A DNA stretch of 64,000 nucleotides from contig DASCPX010000070.1 of NCBI GenBank assembly GCA_036012755.1, positions 224,001 through 288,000 of the forward strand. Reading direction: 5' to 3'. The notes below the pieces were generated by a model, which saw only the letters and a program-made list of their open reading frames with translations, did not search any database and was not told where the DNA came from. Positions 1 to 10,201 of this stretch are shown in pieces (position 1 is the first letter of the stretch; each line of letters starts with the position of its first letter). Position numbers and translations under genes: made by a program. Source of the DNA: Myxococcota bacterium. Lineage in GTDB: Bacteria > Myxococcota_A > UBA796 > CAJQPC01.

Positions 1-63
1 CCTATCATCCGGGACTCGGGGTCCGAGACGCGCTACCTGGGCTCCCAGCCCCGGAGGAGCCCC

Positions 64-945
64 ATGCTGCTGGTCCTGCTCGCCTGTTCCAGCGAGCCCC
101 CGGGCGTCGAGGTCCCCCCCATCACCGACGGCGAGGCCTCGGAGGCGGCGGCAGCCGTGATCTGCGAGGCTGCCGCAGAGGCCCGGATGGACTGCGTTGC
201 GGCCGGCAGCGTCGCCACCCTGGGCGAGGTGAAGCTCGAGACCGTCGCCTCGGTAGAGGGCTTCGTCACCTTGGAGCCCAGGACCATCGGCATGGGCGCA
301 AGCGCTCAGCAGATCCCTGGCGAGGTGCAGCTCGTGCTGGCCATCGCGCTGGCCGTGGACGGGGCCCCGCTGATGACCGTCGATGTCTCCGTGGCGGCCC
401 AGGACGTTGACCTGGACAAGGCCCGGTCCGCGGTGTTGGACCAGGCGGTGGAGCGTTGGATGGTGGGCTACGGCCTCGCGGTCCTCGACGCCGTCGCCGA
501 GGATCCGACCGCTCCGGCACTTGCGAGCGTGGGCATGCAGGTGCCAGCCCAGAGTTCTGGCGCCATGCGAGCCTGGGCGGCCTACCCGATGCTGCGGGGT
601 CAGAACCTCGATCCGAGCACCGCCAGCGGCCTCGGCGCAGGGGTGCAGTCGATGCTCGGGGCCCTGTCTCCCTACCTCGACACTATCGACCTGGAGGGGC
701 TCCACAGCGTGCGCGTCAACGCCAGCCTCGGCGGCTCCGGTCCTCCCGGTCCCTGTGGTCTCGTGCCTCCTGTGGCCCTCGCCTCCGGCGCAACCGCGTC
801 GATCGTGCCGTTGTCCGGCGTCGTCGAGGTCGACGGAGAGGCCACCGGCACCATCTGCGAGATGTCCGAGGCCGTCGCCTGGCCCCTGCCTCCCGCTGGC
901 GTCGTGCTGGAGTGGGAGCAGTTCATGGTGCTCCGGGCGGAGTAG
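64..945 (+). CDS. Hypothetical lipoprotein
   Basis: GGAGGAG upstream of ATG; N-terminus MLLVLLAC (lipobox); protein-like composition. The frame is also open back to the window edge. Confidence 0.7.
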   Translation: MLLVLLACSSEPPGVEVPPITDGEASEAAAAVICEAAAEARMDCVAAGSVATLGEVKLETVASVEGFVTLEPRTIGMGASAQQIPGEVQLVLAIALAVDGAPLMTVDVSVAAQDVDLDKARSAVLDQAVERWMVGYGLAVLDAVAEDPTAPALASVGMQVPAQSSGAMRAWAAYPMLRGQNLDPSTASGLGAGVQSMLGALSPYLDTIDLEGLHSVRVNASLGGSGPPGPCGLVPPVALASGATASIVPLSGVVEVDGEATGTICEMSEAVAWPLPPAGVVLEWEQFMVLRAE

Positions 946-949
946 CCGT

Positions 950-3004
950 TCAGGGGTTCGTGACCGTGGGATCCCCGTAGTAGCTGCCGCTGTCGTTGTC
1001 GTACGCGAAGAACCCGATGGTCCCAGCCCCCACCGGACTCGAAGAGGCCGTGTGCGTCAGCACGTCGGTCCCGTCCCAGGACACGGTGATGTCCGCGCCG
1101 TCCACGCTGACGGCCATCACCACGACCTGTGAGTAGCTGATCGTGAAGTCGATAGTGTCGTCAGAGGCCACCACGCTGCACGAACCCGAGGCGCACTGGT
1201 AGAGCTCGACGCGCCCGGTGGGGCTGAAGCGCGAGTAGTACCCGGTCGGGTCGTTCACCCGGGCGATCCAGTAGTTGCTGGAGTCCTGGTAGTCGAAGAC
1301 CAGGCCGAGGTAGTCGGTGGCGGCGCCGCCCATGTAGGCGTTCGCGGTGAAGGTCCAGGTCTCCAGCTCGCCGAGATCCGGACCGAGCAGGAGGGTGGAG
1401 GCGGCGTTGCTCGCCTCGTACACATACGAACCGCTGATGCCCCAGTTCGGCGTGTTGCTCCCGCCCAGGTCGATGATGCTCCAGTCTGCGAGCGACCCCG
1501 TGCTGAAGTCATAATCCCACACAGAGCTGTCGATGCAGTTGTATGTGCCGTCACCGTCGGAGTCCACGCCGTCGGGATCGGTCGTCCCGTCACAGTCGTT
1601 GTCGACCCCGTCACAGACGTCCTCTGCGTCTGGGTTGATGTCTGCGTCCGTGTCGTCACAGTCGTCGTCGTCGTCGACGTAGCCGCTGGGCTGGTCGCAG
1701 GACTCGGTCGTGGAGGTGGCGTCCCCATAGCTGTCGGAGTCGCTGTCCGCGTACCAGGTGTCCGCGTCGAGGGCGTCGTCCTCGTCGGTGTCGCCGTCGC
1801 AGTCGTCGTCCTCGCTGTTGCAGTATTCGTCGGCCCCGGGGTGGACGTCGTCGTCCTCGTCGTCACAGTCTGTGTCGTCAGAGACATAGCCGGAGGGTTG
1901 GCTGCAGTCCGTGATGGATGAGGTCGCGTCGCCGTAGCTGTCCTCGTCGCCGTCTTCGTACCAGGTGTCCGCGTCCGTGGCGTCCTCGTCGGTGTCGCCG
2001 TCGCAGTCGTCGTCGATGGAGTTGCAGACCTCGCTCTCTGTGGGGTTCACATCGGCGCTGGTGTCGTCGCAGTCCGTGTCGTCCTCGACGAAGCCGGAGG
2101 GCTGCGTGCAGGCGACCCTGGAGGTCGTGGCGTCGCCATAGCTGTCGGTGTCGCTGTCGGCGTACCAGGTGGTCGCGTCGATGGCCGAGCTCTCGTCCGT
2201 GTCGCCGTCGCAGTCGTCGTCGATGGAGTTGCAGATCTCGTCCTCTCCGGGGTTCACGTCGCTGTTGGTGTCGTCGCAGTCTGTGTGGTCTTCTGAGAAG
2301 CCGGTGGGGACCGAGCATGCCTCGACCGTGCTCGTGCGATCCCCGTAGCCGTCGGCGTCGACGTCCGCGTAGAAGGTCAGGAGCACGTCCTCGTCGACCT
2401 CGCCATCACAGTCGTTGTCGGCTTCGTCGCAGGCCTCTTCTGCGCCGGGGTTCACGTCGTCACTGGTGTCGTCACAGTCCGTGCCGTCCGGGCTCCAGCC
2501 GTCCGGCGTCTCGCAGGACTCGACTCCGGTCGTCGGGTCGCCGTAGCCGTCCTCGTCGGCGTCGGCGTAGATCCAGAGCAGCACGTCCTCGTCGATGTCC
2601 TCGTCGCAGTCGTTGTCGATCCCGTCGCAGATCTCGAGCGCGCCCGGGTACACGTCCGGGTCGTCGTCGTCGCAGTCGGTGTTGTCGGCGACCTGTCCTC
2701 CCTCGCCCTCGCAGGCCTCTGCTTCGGTGGCGGGTGAGCCATAGGTGTCCCCGTCGGCGTCGTCGTACCAGAGGCCGGTCACGGCCTCGTCGATCTCCTC
2801 GTCGCAGTCGTCGTCCTTGCCGTTGCAGACCTCGTTCGCGTCTGGGTGGACGGTCGCGTCCAGGTCGTCGCAGTCGACGTCCGCGGTGTAGCCGTCGGCG
2901 TCTGCGTCCTGGAGACCGGTCTCGGCGGTCTCCTCGAGTAGTCCGGACTCGATGCGCTCGTAGTCCTTGTTCCGGCAACCGAGCAGTGCGAGCAGGGCGA
3001 TCAT
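950..3004 (-). CDS. Lipoprotein with 7 Cys/Asp-rich putative metal-binding (MopE-type) repeats and a thrombospondin C-terminal-like domain
   Basis: GGAGG 5 nt before ATG 3004; MIALLALLGC; repeats DxDxDGYG..C..DCDD..V.PG..E.C...DNDCDG..DE; C-terminal PNW...DYLGLVFDYQDSSNYW. Confidence 0.85.
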   Translation of the reverse strand: MIALLALLGCRNKDYERIESGLLEETAETGLQDADADGYTADVDCDDLDATVHPDANEVCNGKDDDCDEEIDEAVTGLWYDDADGDTYGSPATEAEACEGEGGQVADNTDCDDDDPDVYPGALEICDGIDNDCDEDIDEDVLLWIYADADEDGYGDPTTGVESCETPDGWSPDGTDCDDTSDDVNPGAEEACDEADNDCDGEVDEDVLLTFYADVDADGYGDRTSTVEACSVPTGFSEDHTDCDDTNSDVNPGEDEICNSIDDDCDGDTDESSAIDATTWYADSDTDSYGDATTSRVACTQPSGFVEDDTDCDDTSADVNPTESEVCNSIDDDCDGDTDEDATDADTWYEDGDEDSYGDATSSITDCSQPSGYVSDDTDCDDEDDDVHPGADEYCNSEDDDCDGDTDEDDALDADTWYADSDSDSYGDATSTTESCDQPSGYVDDDDDCDDTDADINPDAEDVCDGVDNDCDGTTDPDGVDSDGDGTYNCIDSSVWDYDFSTGSLADWSIIDLGGSNTPNWGISGSYVYEASNAASTLLLGPDLGELETWTFTANAYMGGAATDYLGLVFDYQDSSNYWIARVNDPTGYYSRFSPTGRVELYQCASGSCSVVASDDTIDFTISYSQVVVMAVSVDGADITVSWDGTDVLTHTASSSPVGAGTIGFFAYDNDSGSYYGDPTVTNP

Positions 3005-3113
3005 GGGGACCTCCATCCACTCCGTATTATCAACCAGGCGGAGGTCGCGTGCTCCTGCTCATTGCTCACTCGGGTGGCGGGTCGTGTTTGCTGGGGCGTC
3101 CTTGCTGCGTCGC

Positions 3114-4337
3114 TCAGCCGCCCGCGAGTCCCAGGAGGAGCTCGTTGCCGACGCTGTTGTTCTCGCCGGTCGGGAGCTTGCCGGCGTCGTTCTCTCCGCC
3201 GCTTGCGACCGGATCGTAGGGCCCGTTGACCGACCCGTCGTCGTCGTTGTCGGCGTAGGCCCACAGGTAGACGATGCTGTTCGCCGGAGCCGAGAGCCTG
3301 AAGGGCACGCTGGAGTTGCCTGCCAGCTCGTCCCACTCGAAGGACTGCATGTCGTAGGAATCCGCTTCGATCTGCGACAGCGCGATGTCCTCTGAGGGGC
3401 GGTACTTCAGCGCGGCGACGTGCACGCTCGCGCCCTCGTCGACCAGGTCGTCGAAGATGCCGCCGTCGACGGTCTCGACGGTTCCGGAGACCGTGACGAA
3501 GGGCACGACCGCAAACGGGCTCTCGCCGTCATTCAGTGGAATCTGGATGTCGTGGTCGGGGAGGTCCTCGTCCTCGATGGTGATCGGGTTCCCGTCGACG
3601 TCGACCTCTGTGATGTACGCGCCCCAGCTGTCCGAGGGGTCGAAGAGCCAGTTGTCGCCGTCGAAGCCGCCGCCGCCCCCGAGACCGCCGCCACCCCCGC
3701 TTCCGCTGCCGCCGCCGCCGCCGCCGCTTCCGCCACCCCCGCCACTTCCGCCGCTTCCGCCGCAGCTACCACCGCTGCCCTTGCTTCCGCCGTCGTCGTT
3801 GGGGTCTACGCCTTCGGTGACGATCGAGATGTCGACGTCCTCGTGGCCGGAGACCTCCGGGTGCAGCTCGAGCGCGTCGGGGTAGTTCCCGGTCGGCTCG
3901 TCGGGGCCGATGACCCGGTCGTTGGCTTCGTCCAGGATCGCGAAGACGCGGATCTCGCCGCGGGCCTCTGCGGGCATGCTCAGGCTGTAGGAGTCGCCGG
4001 CGGTGCTCGGGTACTTGATGACCGTCTCGTCGAGGTACACGAGGTCGCCGTCGTCGTCCTCGGTGTAGGCGGAGACCCAGATCCCGCCGAAGGGGAAGTC
4101 TCCGTCGAAGGAGTCCTCGAAGCTCGTCTCCTCTCGCTCGCCGTCCGCCTCGATCCAGAGCTCGACGGTGACCGTGCCGTGGATGCTGGTGGACCAGGCG
4201 CCAGGATCCTCGCATGCATCGGGGGCCGCGGTGCTGTCGGTACCCCCATCGCTGTCGTCGCCGGGCAGACCGCTGTCGGTGGTCGGGTCGTCGGGGCCGT
4301 GTCCGCAACCAATGATGGCGAGAAGGATGGTGACCAT
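3114..4337 (-). CDS. Lipoprotein with two similar beta domains joined by a Gly/Ser-rich linker
   Basis: GGGAG before ATG 4337; MVTILLAIIGC; poly-Gly linker at about 3660-3790; related motifs in both halves (AILDEANDRVIGPDEP / AYADNDDDGSVNGPYDP). Confidence 0.7.
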   Translation of the reverse strand: MVTILLAIIGCGHGPDDPTTDSGLPGDDSDGGTDSTAAPDACEDPGAWSTSIHGTVTVELWIEADGEREETSFEDSFDGDFPFGGIWVSAYTEDDDGDLVYLDETVIKYPSTAGDSYSLSMPAEARGEIRVFAILDEANDRVIGPDEPTGNYPDALELHPEVSGHEDVDISIVTEGVDPNDDGGSKGSGGSCGGSGGSGGGGGSGGGGGGSGSGGGGGLGGGGGFDGDNWLFDPSDSWGAYITEVDVDGNPITIEDEDLPDHDIQIPLNDGESPFAVVPFVTVSGTVETVDGGIFDDLVDEGASVHVAALKYRPSEDIALSQIEADSYDMQSFEWDELAGNSSVPFRLSAPANSIVYLWAYADNDDDGSVNGPYDPVASGGENDAGKLPTGENNSVGNELLLGLAGG

Positions 4338-4444
4338 GGTGTTCTCCCGGCCGTCCAGGAGACCGCTCTTCCACACTTCCGAGGCCCAGAATAATAGGAA
4401 TAATCGGAACTTCCCGGCGTGGCGCAGGGAGTTAGGGCGAGGGG

Positions 4445-5263
4445 ATGCTTCCCCTGTTGTTGGCCTGCTGGCACCACCCCCGTCCTGTCGACCACCTCTA
4501 TCCCGTCGGCGAGGTCGCCATCATCGGCCACCGCGGCGCCCGTGACATGGCCCCGGAGAACACCCTGGCCGCCTTCGAGGTCCCCGCCTCTCGCGGCTTC
4601 GGCTTCGAGCTGGACGTGATGCTCTCGGCCGACGGCGAGCTCGTCGTCATGCACGACGACGACCTCGAGCGGACGACGGACGGTTCGGGCTTCGTCGACG
4701 AGCTCCAGTGGAGCGCGATCGAGGGGCTGGACGCGGGCTCGTCGTTCTCGGCAGACTTCGCTGGCGAGCCCATCCCTCGGCTCGGGGACGCTCTGGCTCA
4801 CTACGGCGAGGACGTGGTCATCGACATCGAGATCAAGTCCCCGCGTGACAAGTCCACCCGGGCCGAGCTCGCTGGCGCGGTGGCGAAGCTCGTCGAACAG
4901 CACGGACTGGAGGATCGAGTGCTCGTCACCAGCTTCGATCCCTATGTGCTGGAGGCCTTGCGCCTCGCCAATCCGGAGATCCGGCGCGGCCAGATCTACG
5001 GGACCTTCGACGGAGCCGATCTGTCACCGGTCTCCAAGCTCATCCTCAAGCGGCTCCTCTTGAACAAGAAGGCCCAGCCCGACGTGCTCGCCGTCGAGGA
5101 CGCTTTCCTGTCTCCCCGCTACGTCCGCAAGATGAACAACAAGGGCTACCGCATCTTCGTGTGGACCGTCGACGACCCCGCGCGCATGGCGGAACTCGCC
5201 GAGTGGGGAGTGGGCGGAGTCATCACGGATCGGCCGGATGTCGCCGAGGACGTCTTGAGGTAG
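4445..5263 (+). CDS. Glycerophosphodiester phosphodiesterase family protein
   Basis: IIGHRGA..APENTLAAF, ELDV..S.DGELVVMHD, IEIK, WTVDD, GVITDRP motifs. Confidence 0.93.
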   Translation: MLPLLLACWHHPRPVDHLYPVGEVAIIGHRGARDMAPENTLAAFEVPASRGFGFELDVMLSADGELVVMHDDDLERTTDGSGFVDELQWSAIEGLDAGSSFSADFAGEPIPRLGDALAHYGEDVVIDIEIKSPRDKSTRAELAGAVAKLVEQHGLEDRVLVTSFDPYVLEALRLANPEIRRGQIYGTFDGADLSPVSKLILKRLLLNKKAQPDVLAVEDAFLSPRYVRKMNNKGYRIFVWTVDDPARMAELAEWGVGGVITDRPDVAEDVLR

Positions 5264-5288
5264 TCCGCCCACCCTCCTCTTCGCGCGA

Positions 5289-5294
5289 TAGGTT
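5289..5294 (+). promoter_or_regulatory. -10 hexamer (TAGGTT) of a probable leaderless transcript
   Basis: TANNNT 6 nt before ATG 5301; no Shine-Dalgarno. Confidence 0.65.
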
Positions 5295-5300
5295 GACGGC

Positions 5301-7079
5301 ATGTTGCTCTTCGCCCTGTCCTGCTCCGACTACCAGCTCAACTCGAACCAGGACGTCGGGGATCCCTTCGACTCGGGCTACGACGACATCTGCGACAACC
5401 TCGCGGCCGAGGCGGGCGAGGTCGACATGCTCGAGGAGTGCATCATCGAGCCGGTCGTCGGCGGGTGGACGCCGGTGCTGGAGTGGGCGAACGAGGGCCC
5501 GGGCGACACCTACACGACCCCGGTCGTCGGCCACCTCGATGGGGACGACAACCCAGAGGTCGTCGTCGCCAACACGGTCGGTGTGCTCTACGCCCTCGAC
5601 GGCGTCACGGGTGAGATCGAGTGGTCCGGGGGTAGCTTCGGCAGCGAGCCCATGACCGCGGCGATCGGGGATCTCGACGGCGACGGGCTCGCCGAGGTCG
5701 TCGGCAGCGGCTCCTACGGGACCAGCGCGTACCGCGGCGACGGCACCCTGATGTGGCAGACCTCTGCCACCCCGGCTGGCAACACCCCCCAGTGCGGCGC
5801 GGTCGGCATCCACGACCTCGACGGGGACGGGCTCGCCGAGGTCGTCATCGGCAACCTCATCCTCAACGGAGCGGACGGCTCCACCCGGGGGATCGGTGGC
5901 CAGGGCGCTGGCGCCGGGCATCCCTGGGCTGCGCCCATGGGTGTGGCCGCGGACATCGACCTCGACGGTGACCTCGAGGTCGTCGTCGGCAACGCCCTCT
6001 ATGACGCAGACGGCAACACGATCTGGACCAACGGCCAGAGCGATGGCTTCGTCGCCGTGGGGAACTTCGACGACGACGACTACGGCGAGATCGTCGTGAC
6101 GCGAGAGGGCAGCCTGCGCCTGCAGGACGACGACGGCAGCGTCATCTGGCAGCGCTCCGAACTCACCGGCTACACGATCGGGCCGCCCACCGTCGCGGAC
6201 TTCGACGGCGACGGCGAGCCCGAGATCGGTGTCGCCGGAAACGGCGTCTACATGGTCGTCGACACCGACGGCGCCACGATGTGGGGCAACACCACCCAGG
6301 ACTACAGCTCGGGCTTCACGGGCTCGGCGGTCTTCGACTTCGAGGGCGACGGGATCGCAGAGGTCATCTACGCCGACGAGAACGACGTCTGGGTCTACAA
6401 CGGCCTCAACGGCGAGGTGAAGCTGAAGGAGACGCGGCACTCCAGCGCCACCTGCAGCGAGTACCCGGCCATCGCCGACGTCGACGCCGACGGCCACGCC
6501 GAGATCATCTACACCTCCAGCTCCTACACCGGCACCGAGCGCGGCGTTCGTGTCATCGGTGACGCCAACGACAGCTGGCAGAGCGCGCGAGAGGTCTGGA
6601 ACCAGCACGGCTACAGCGTCACGAACGTCGACGACGACGCCTCCATCCCCGCCTCGGTCGAGCCGAACTGGCTGCGCTACAACACCTTCCGCTCCGGAGA
6701 CGTGCTCGCCGGACTGCAGGGTGAGCTTCCGGATCTCACCGGCACCATCGATGTCTGCGAGGTCCACTGCGACGAGGGCGAGGTCGTCGTCTGGGTCCAG
6801 GTCATGAACCAGGGCGTCGCTGATGTCGTCGACCCCTTCCCAGTCGGTGTGTACGCCGTGACGGGAGACGGCCACGTCCTGCTCGAGGAACAGACCGTAG
6901 AGGATGGTGTCCGCGCAGGGCGCTCCAACGACGCCATCGAGTTCCGCGTCGACATCACCGGTCTCGAGATCTACGCGCTCGTCGCCAAGATCGACGGCGG
7001 GGACGAGGAGCTCGGGCTGGTCTCGGACTGTAACGAGTGGAACGACGCGGCGGTCTGGGGTCAGTCGGTCTGCGAGTAG
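5301..7079 (+). CDS. FG-GAP/VCBS repeat beta-propeller lipoprotein with a C-terminal CARDB-like domain
   Basis: MLLFALSC; repeated DLDGDG..EVV; WNQHGYSVTNV; C-terminal V.N.G..D...DCNEWND. Confidence 0.85.
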   Translation: MLLFALSCSDYQLNSNQDVGDPFDSGYDDICDNLAAEAGEVDMLEECIIEPVVGGWTPVLEWANEGPGDTYTTPVVGHLDGDDNPEVVVANTVGVLYALDGVTGEIEWSGGSFGSEPMTAAIGDLDGDGLAEVVGSGSYGTSAYRGDGTLMWQTSATPAGNTPQCGAVGIHDLDGDGLAEVVIGNLILNGADGSTRGIGGQGAGAGHPWAAPMGVAADIDLDGDLEVVVGNALYDADGNTIWTNGQSDGFVAVGNFDDDDYGEIVVTREGSLRLQDDDGSVIWQRSELTGYTIGPPTVADFDGDGEPEIGVAGNGVYMVVDTDGATMWGNTTQDYSSGFTGSAVFDFEGDGIAEVIYADENDVWVYNGLNGEVKLKETRHSSATCSEYPAIADVDADGHAEIIYTSSSYTGTERGVRVIGDANDSWQSAREVWNQHGYSVTNVDDDASIPASVEPNWLRYNTFRSGDVLAGLQGELPDLTGTIDVCEVHCDEGEVVVWVQVMNQGVADVVDPFPVGVYAVTGDGHVLLEEQTVEDGVRAGRSNDAIEFRVDITGLEIYALVAKIDGGDEELGLVSDCNEWNDAAVWGQSVCE

Positions 7080-7080
7080 G

Positions 7081-8909
7081 TCAGTCGGTCACACAGAGCG
7101 GCAGTACGAGGATGCTGTAGTAGGCATCCAGGGCGATCGTGGCTTGCGTTGCGTTCATCTGACCCGGGGGAGACTCGGACACGATCTGTACGGGATCGTA
7201 GTGTTCCTTCATCACTAGGAAGGCCTTCGCACAGTCCTCTTCCTTGCCCCTGACCACGCGCTCGGGGGCCGAGTGGATGTGGGCGTAGACCTCTTCCGCT
7301 GATGCGAAGCGGCCCGGGACGCCGACCAGGCAGCCGAGGTCGCGAGGTGAGGCGACCACGCTCCAGAGCTGCCGGGTGATCCAGTCGGGGTCCTCCTGGC
7401 CTTCCGCGAGCTGTTGGACTCGGAAGCTGGCCATCTCGGCCTTGGTGCGATGCAGCTCCCTGCACCAGTCTGTGTCGGTTCGTACGATGCCCCCTTCGAG
7501 TTCGGCGTATGCTCGTGTGACTCCCCACAGGACCTCTGGGGTCAGCCCGAGGTGTGCCGCCCTGTTCCGCTCGTAGCTCTCTGCGGCGACGACGATCGCC
7601 TGGATGTGGTCGTCGACCCACTTGGACTGGTCGACGGTGATGAGCCCTCCGATAGAGGACGTCGCCATGGCCTCTTCGATGCGCCCCGCCGAAGCGTAGA
7701 CCCTGGCCTCGTGGAGCAGCGCGAGATCACCGAGGGTCTCCGGAGAGTCCGGGCGAAGGGGGGTCTCCCCTGCTCCGCTGACCTCGACGAGGACGCGCAC
7801 CTCTCTCGCCTTCCTGGGACGTTGCTCAGTGGGAAGCAACGCTCGATGGCACCGAAGAGCCCATCGCTCTTTTCGATTCGCCAGTCGACCGCGTAGCCGG
7901 TGAGCTCGAAGAGGTAGTGCTCCTCGTCGCGGAAGAGGTTCACGGCGCTTCGCTGGACCTCGTGCTCGCCCTGGTTGTCGTGCGCGGCGACCAGTCCGTG
8001 CTCGATCCACAGCCCATACGCCTCTTCCAGGAGCTCGGGGTAGCTGTCGTGGTGCTTCGGGAAGCCGTGCTTGCGGGCGTGAGCCTACATCTCGTCGTAG
8101 CGCTGGCAGTCCCGTCCAAGGTCGCCAAGGGCGTCCAGGCGCATCGCAAACGCCGCCAACTGCTTGTTGTCGTTCGGATCTTCTACCGTGGACCCAACGG
8201 CGTCGAGGACGTCGATCCTGACCTGTTCCCAGGCGGTGTACGCCGCCGCAGCGCGGCTCGCCGTGCGCTCCTCGAGCCCGGCCTTCAGCTCGGCGAGGGC
8301 GTCGCGGGGCGCCTGGTAGCCAGGGTCCAGCATCACGGCCGGGGACCAGCTGTACTCGGCGGCCGTCGAGTCGCCGAGAGACTGTTCGTGCGTGCCCTGG
8401 CCGAAGGCCGCGAAGGCCTCGAAGGACTCCGTCGGTGTCTGGACGATGACCTTGCGCCTGGCCGCTCCGCTCAACTCCAGCTCGAGGTCGTCCAGGAGGG
8501 CCTCGACGAGCTCCTTTTCCACCGCGACGAAGTCCGCCGGCGTGCCGTCTGCTGCCGCTGCTTCGAGGATGTCGCCGGTCTCGACCGAGACGACGCGTGC
8601 CTCGAGCAGGAAGCGACCCTCGATGATGGAGTAGGTGCCCACGACCACCAGGTCGGCGCCCAGACCGGAGCCCGCCATCTGGGCGGTAGCAGGATCCAGG
8701 TAGCCCTCGGTACCCAGCTCGATCTCTGCGAGCACGGCGTCGAGCCGGGTCCGCTCGACGAGGGTCAGGCCCTCGACCTCGGACAGGTCGGCGACGATCA
8801 TGCCGGCCAGGGGCGCGCCGAGACCCTCGTAGCGCTCGCCGGCGGAGCCCTTCTCCAGGGGCAGGACCGCCAGGGTGGTAGCGCCAGCGAGGCCGAGGAG
8901 CGCGAGCAC
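7081..8909 (-). pseudogene. CsgG/HfaB-like (TolB-N-like) secreted protein, interrupted by an in-frame TAG and one frameshift
   Basis: LAVLP..LVERTRLDAVLAE.....LD..TA...G..LGADLVVVG motif. TAG at 8085-8087 is followed by protein-like in-frame sequence; frame change near 7830 leads to the stop at 7081. Pseudogene or sequence error. Confidence 0.65.
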
Positions 8910-9266
8910 TCAGTCCGCTTCGAGGTCGAAGGAAACGGTCATGCGCTGGCCGACGAGCTCGACCCGGACCTGGTTTCGGTCCTCTGTCAACCGGTCGCCG
9001 ATGGGGATGTCGACGACCTTCAGGAGCTCTGGCCAGGTCCGTCGGAGGCTGGACTCGATGCCGCGGCGGGCGCGGTCGTCGAGCTCGCCGATCACCGTCG
9101 CCGTGAGCTGGCCGTGGAAGCGCATGTAGTTGTTCAAGCGCGGAACGCGGAAGGCGCTGTCGTCGTGGAAGTCGATGGAGATGCTGGAGAAGTCCACGGC
9201 GACGCCGTGCTCCAGCAACACCTCGACGACGGTGCCGAGCAGCAGTCGGCGGAAGAAGTCCCACAT
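8910..9266 (-). CDS. Hypothetical protein
   Basis: ATG 9266 (MWDFFRRLL) just after the upstream stop; abuts the next gene. Confidence 0.65.
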   Translation of the reverse strand: MWDFFRRLLLGTVVEVLLEHGVAVDFSSISIDFHDDSAFRVPRLNNYMRFHGQLTATVIGELDDRARRGIESSLRRTWPELLKVVDIPIGDRLTEDRNQVRVELVGQRMTVSFDLEAD

Positions 9267-9270
9267 GGGC

Positions 9271-9708
9271 TCACCCGTGGTTCGAGAGGAGGTTGTCGAG
9301 CACCCGGCCCCACGCCGCGTCGAAGTAGTCGATGTAGGCGTCCCAGTCTTCGCCGGTGCCATCGATCAGCTGGGTCAGGCGCAGTCCAGTCCTGGGGCCG
9401 CGATCCTCGAGCTCCAGGATGACCTGGGTCCGTGCGCCTGCAGCGCGCAGCCGCGGGATCGTGGGGGGTGCGTTCCACGAGAAGACCAACAGCCGCGGAG
9501 GCAACAACGCGAGGATGCGACAGCGCTCCGCCCCGCGCAGTCCAGGGGGTGCCTCGGGCATGAAGTACCACTCGTAGGCGCCCCCCACGCGCGGCTCCAC
9601 CCAGGCCTCGGGCGGCCCCATCTCGCAGACCCCCGCGGCGGTGGTCCAGCTCGTCCACACGGCGTCGATCGCCGCGGGGACCTCGACCTGCTTGCCGATG
9701 GTGCGCAC
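9271..9708 (-). CDS. SRPBCC/AHSA1 (START-like) domain protein
   Basis: VPAAIDAVW..WTT, EPRVGGAY, PPRLLVFSW, YF..AWG.VLDNL. Confidence 0.88.
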   Translation of the reverse strand: MRTIGKQVEVPAAIDAVWTSWTTAAGVCEMGPPEAWVEPRVGGAYEWYFMPEAPPGLRGAERCRILALLPPRLLVFSWNAPPTIPRLRAAGARTQVILELEDRGPRTGLRLTQLIDGTGEDWDAYIDYFDAAWGRVLDNLLSNHG

Positions 9709-9722
9709 GCTCGGCTCCTCGG

Positions 9723-10196
9723 TCAGGTGCTGTATCTCGCCATGAGCGCGACGCGCTTGTCCCCGCCCTCGGTGTCCTGCTCGCCGACGATCTCGAAGCC
9801 GTGTCGTCGATGAAAGCGCAACGATCCTGCATTCATCGGCCTGATGTTGACCTCGCAGGTGGTGGGCAACAGCGGTTCGAGGCGGAACAACTCCTGGTAG
9901 AGCCGCGCGCCGAGCCCCAGCCCCTGGTGATCGCTGTGGACGGCGATGCGGTCGACATAGGCATGAGCGTCGAAGCGCTCCTCGAACCAGCGGTAGTTCA
10001 GCGAGCCGTAGGGCTCGCCCGGACCGAGCACAATGAGAAAGGCGGTGATCTCGGGTCCTCCGGCGACGAGGAAGTGACTGGACCAGCCGACCAGCTCGCG
10101 CAGGCGCCGCATGTCGAGGTCCCCGACCGCCGGCCGGTTCGACTGGTTGATGGCGAGGACCTCGTCGAGATCCTCGGGACTCAGCGGCCGGATCAC
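9723..10196 (-). CDS. GNAT family acetyltransferase
   Basis: YVDRIAV....QGLGLGARLY; CEVNI.P.N..SL.FH...GF..VG. Confidence 0.9.
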   Translation of the reverse strand: MIRPLSPEDLDEVLAINQSNRPAVGDLDMRRLRELVGWSSHFLVAGGPEITAFLIVLGPGEPYGSLNYRWFEERFDAHAYVDRIAVHSDHQGLGLGARLYQELFRLEPLLPTTCEVNIRPMNAGSLRFHRRHGFEIVGEQDTEGGDKRVALMARYST

Positions 10197-10201
10197 CAGC
10201 C

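Noticed and set aside
1560..2900. Periodic DNA repeats resembling an array
   Set aside because: They are degenerate protein-coding MopE-type repeats, not CRISPR repeat-spacer units; no cas genes.
3660..3790. GCC/CCG-rich low-complexity tract as a regulatory repeat
   Set aside because: It encodes an in-frame Gly/Ser linker between two domains.
8085..8087. In-frame TAG as possible pyrrolysine or stop-codon recoding
   Set aside because: TAG terminates many intact genes here, no pyl genes are in the window, and the same gene also has a frameshift.
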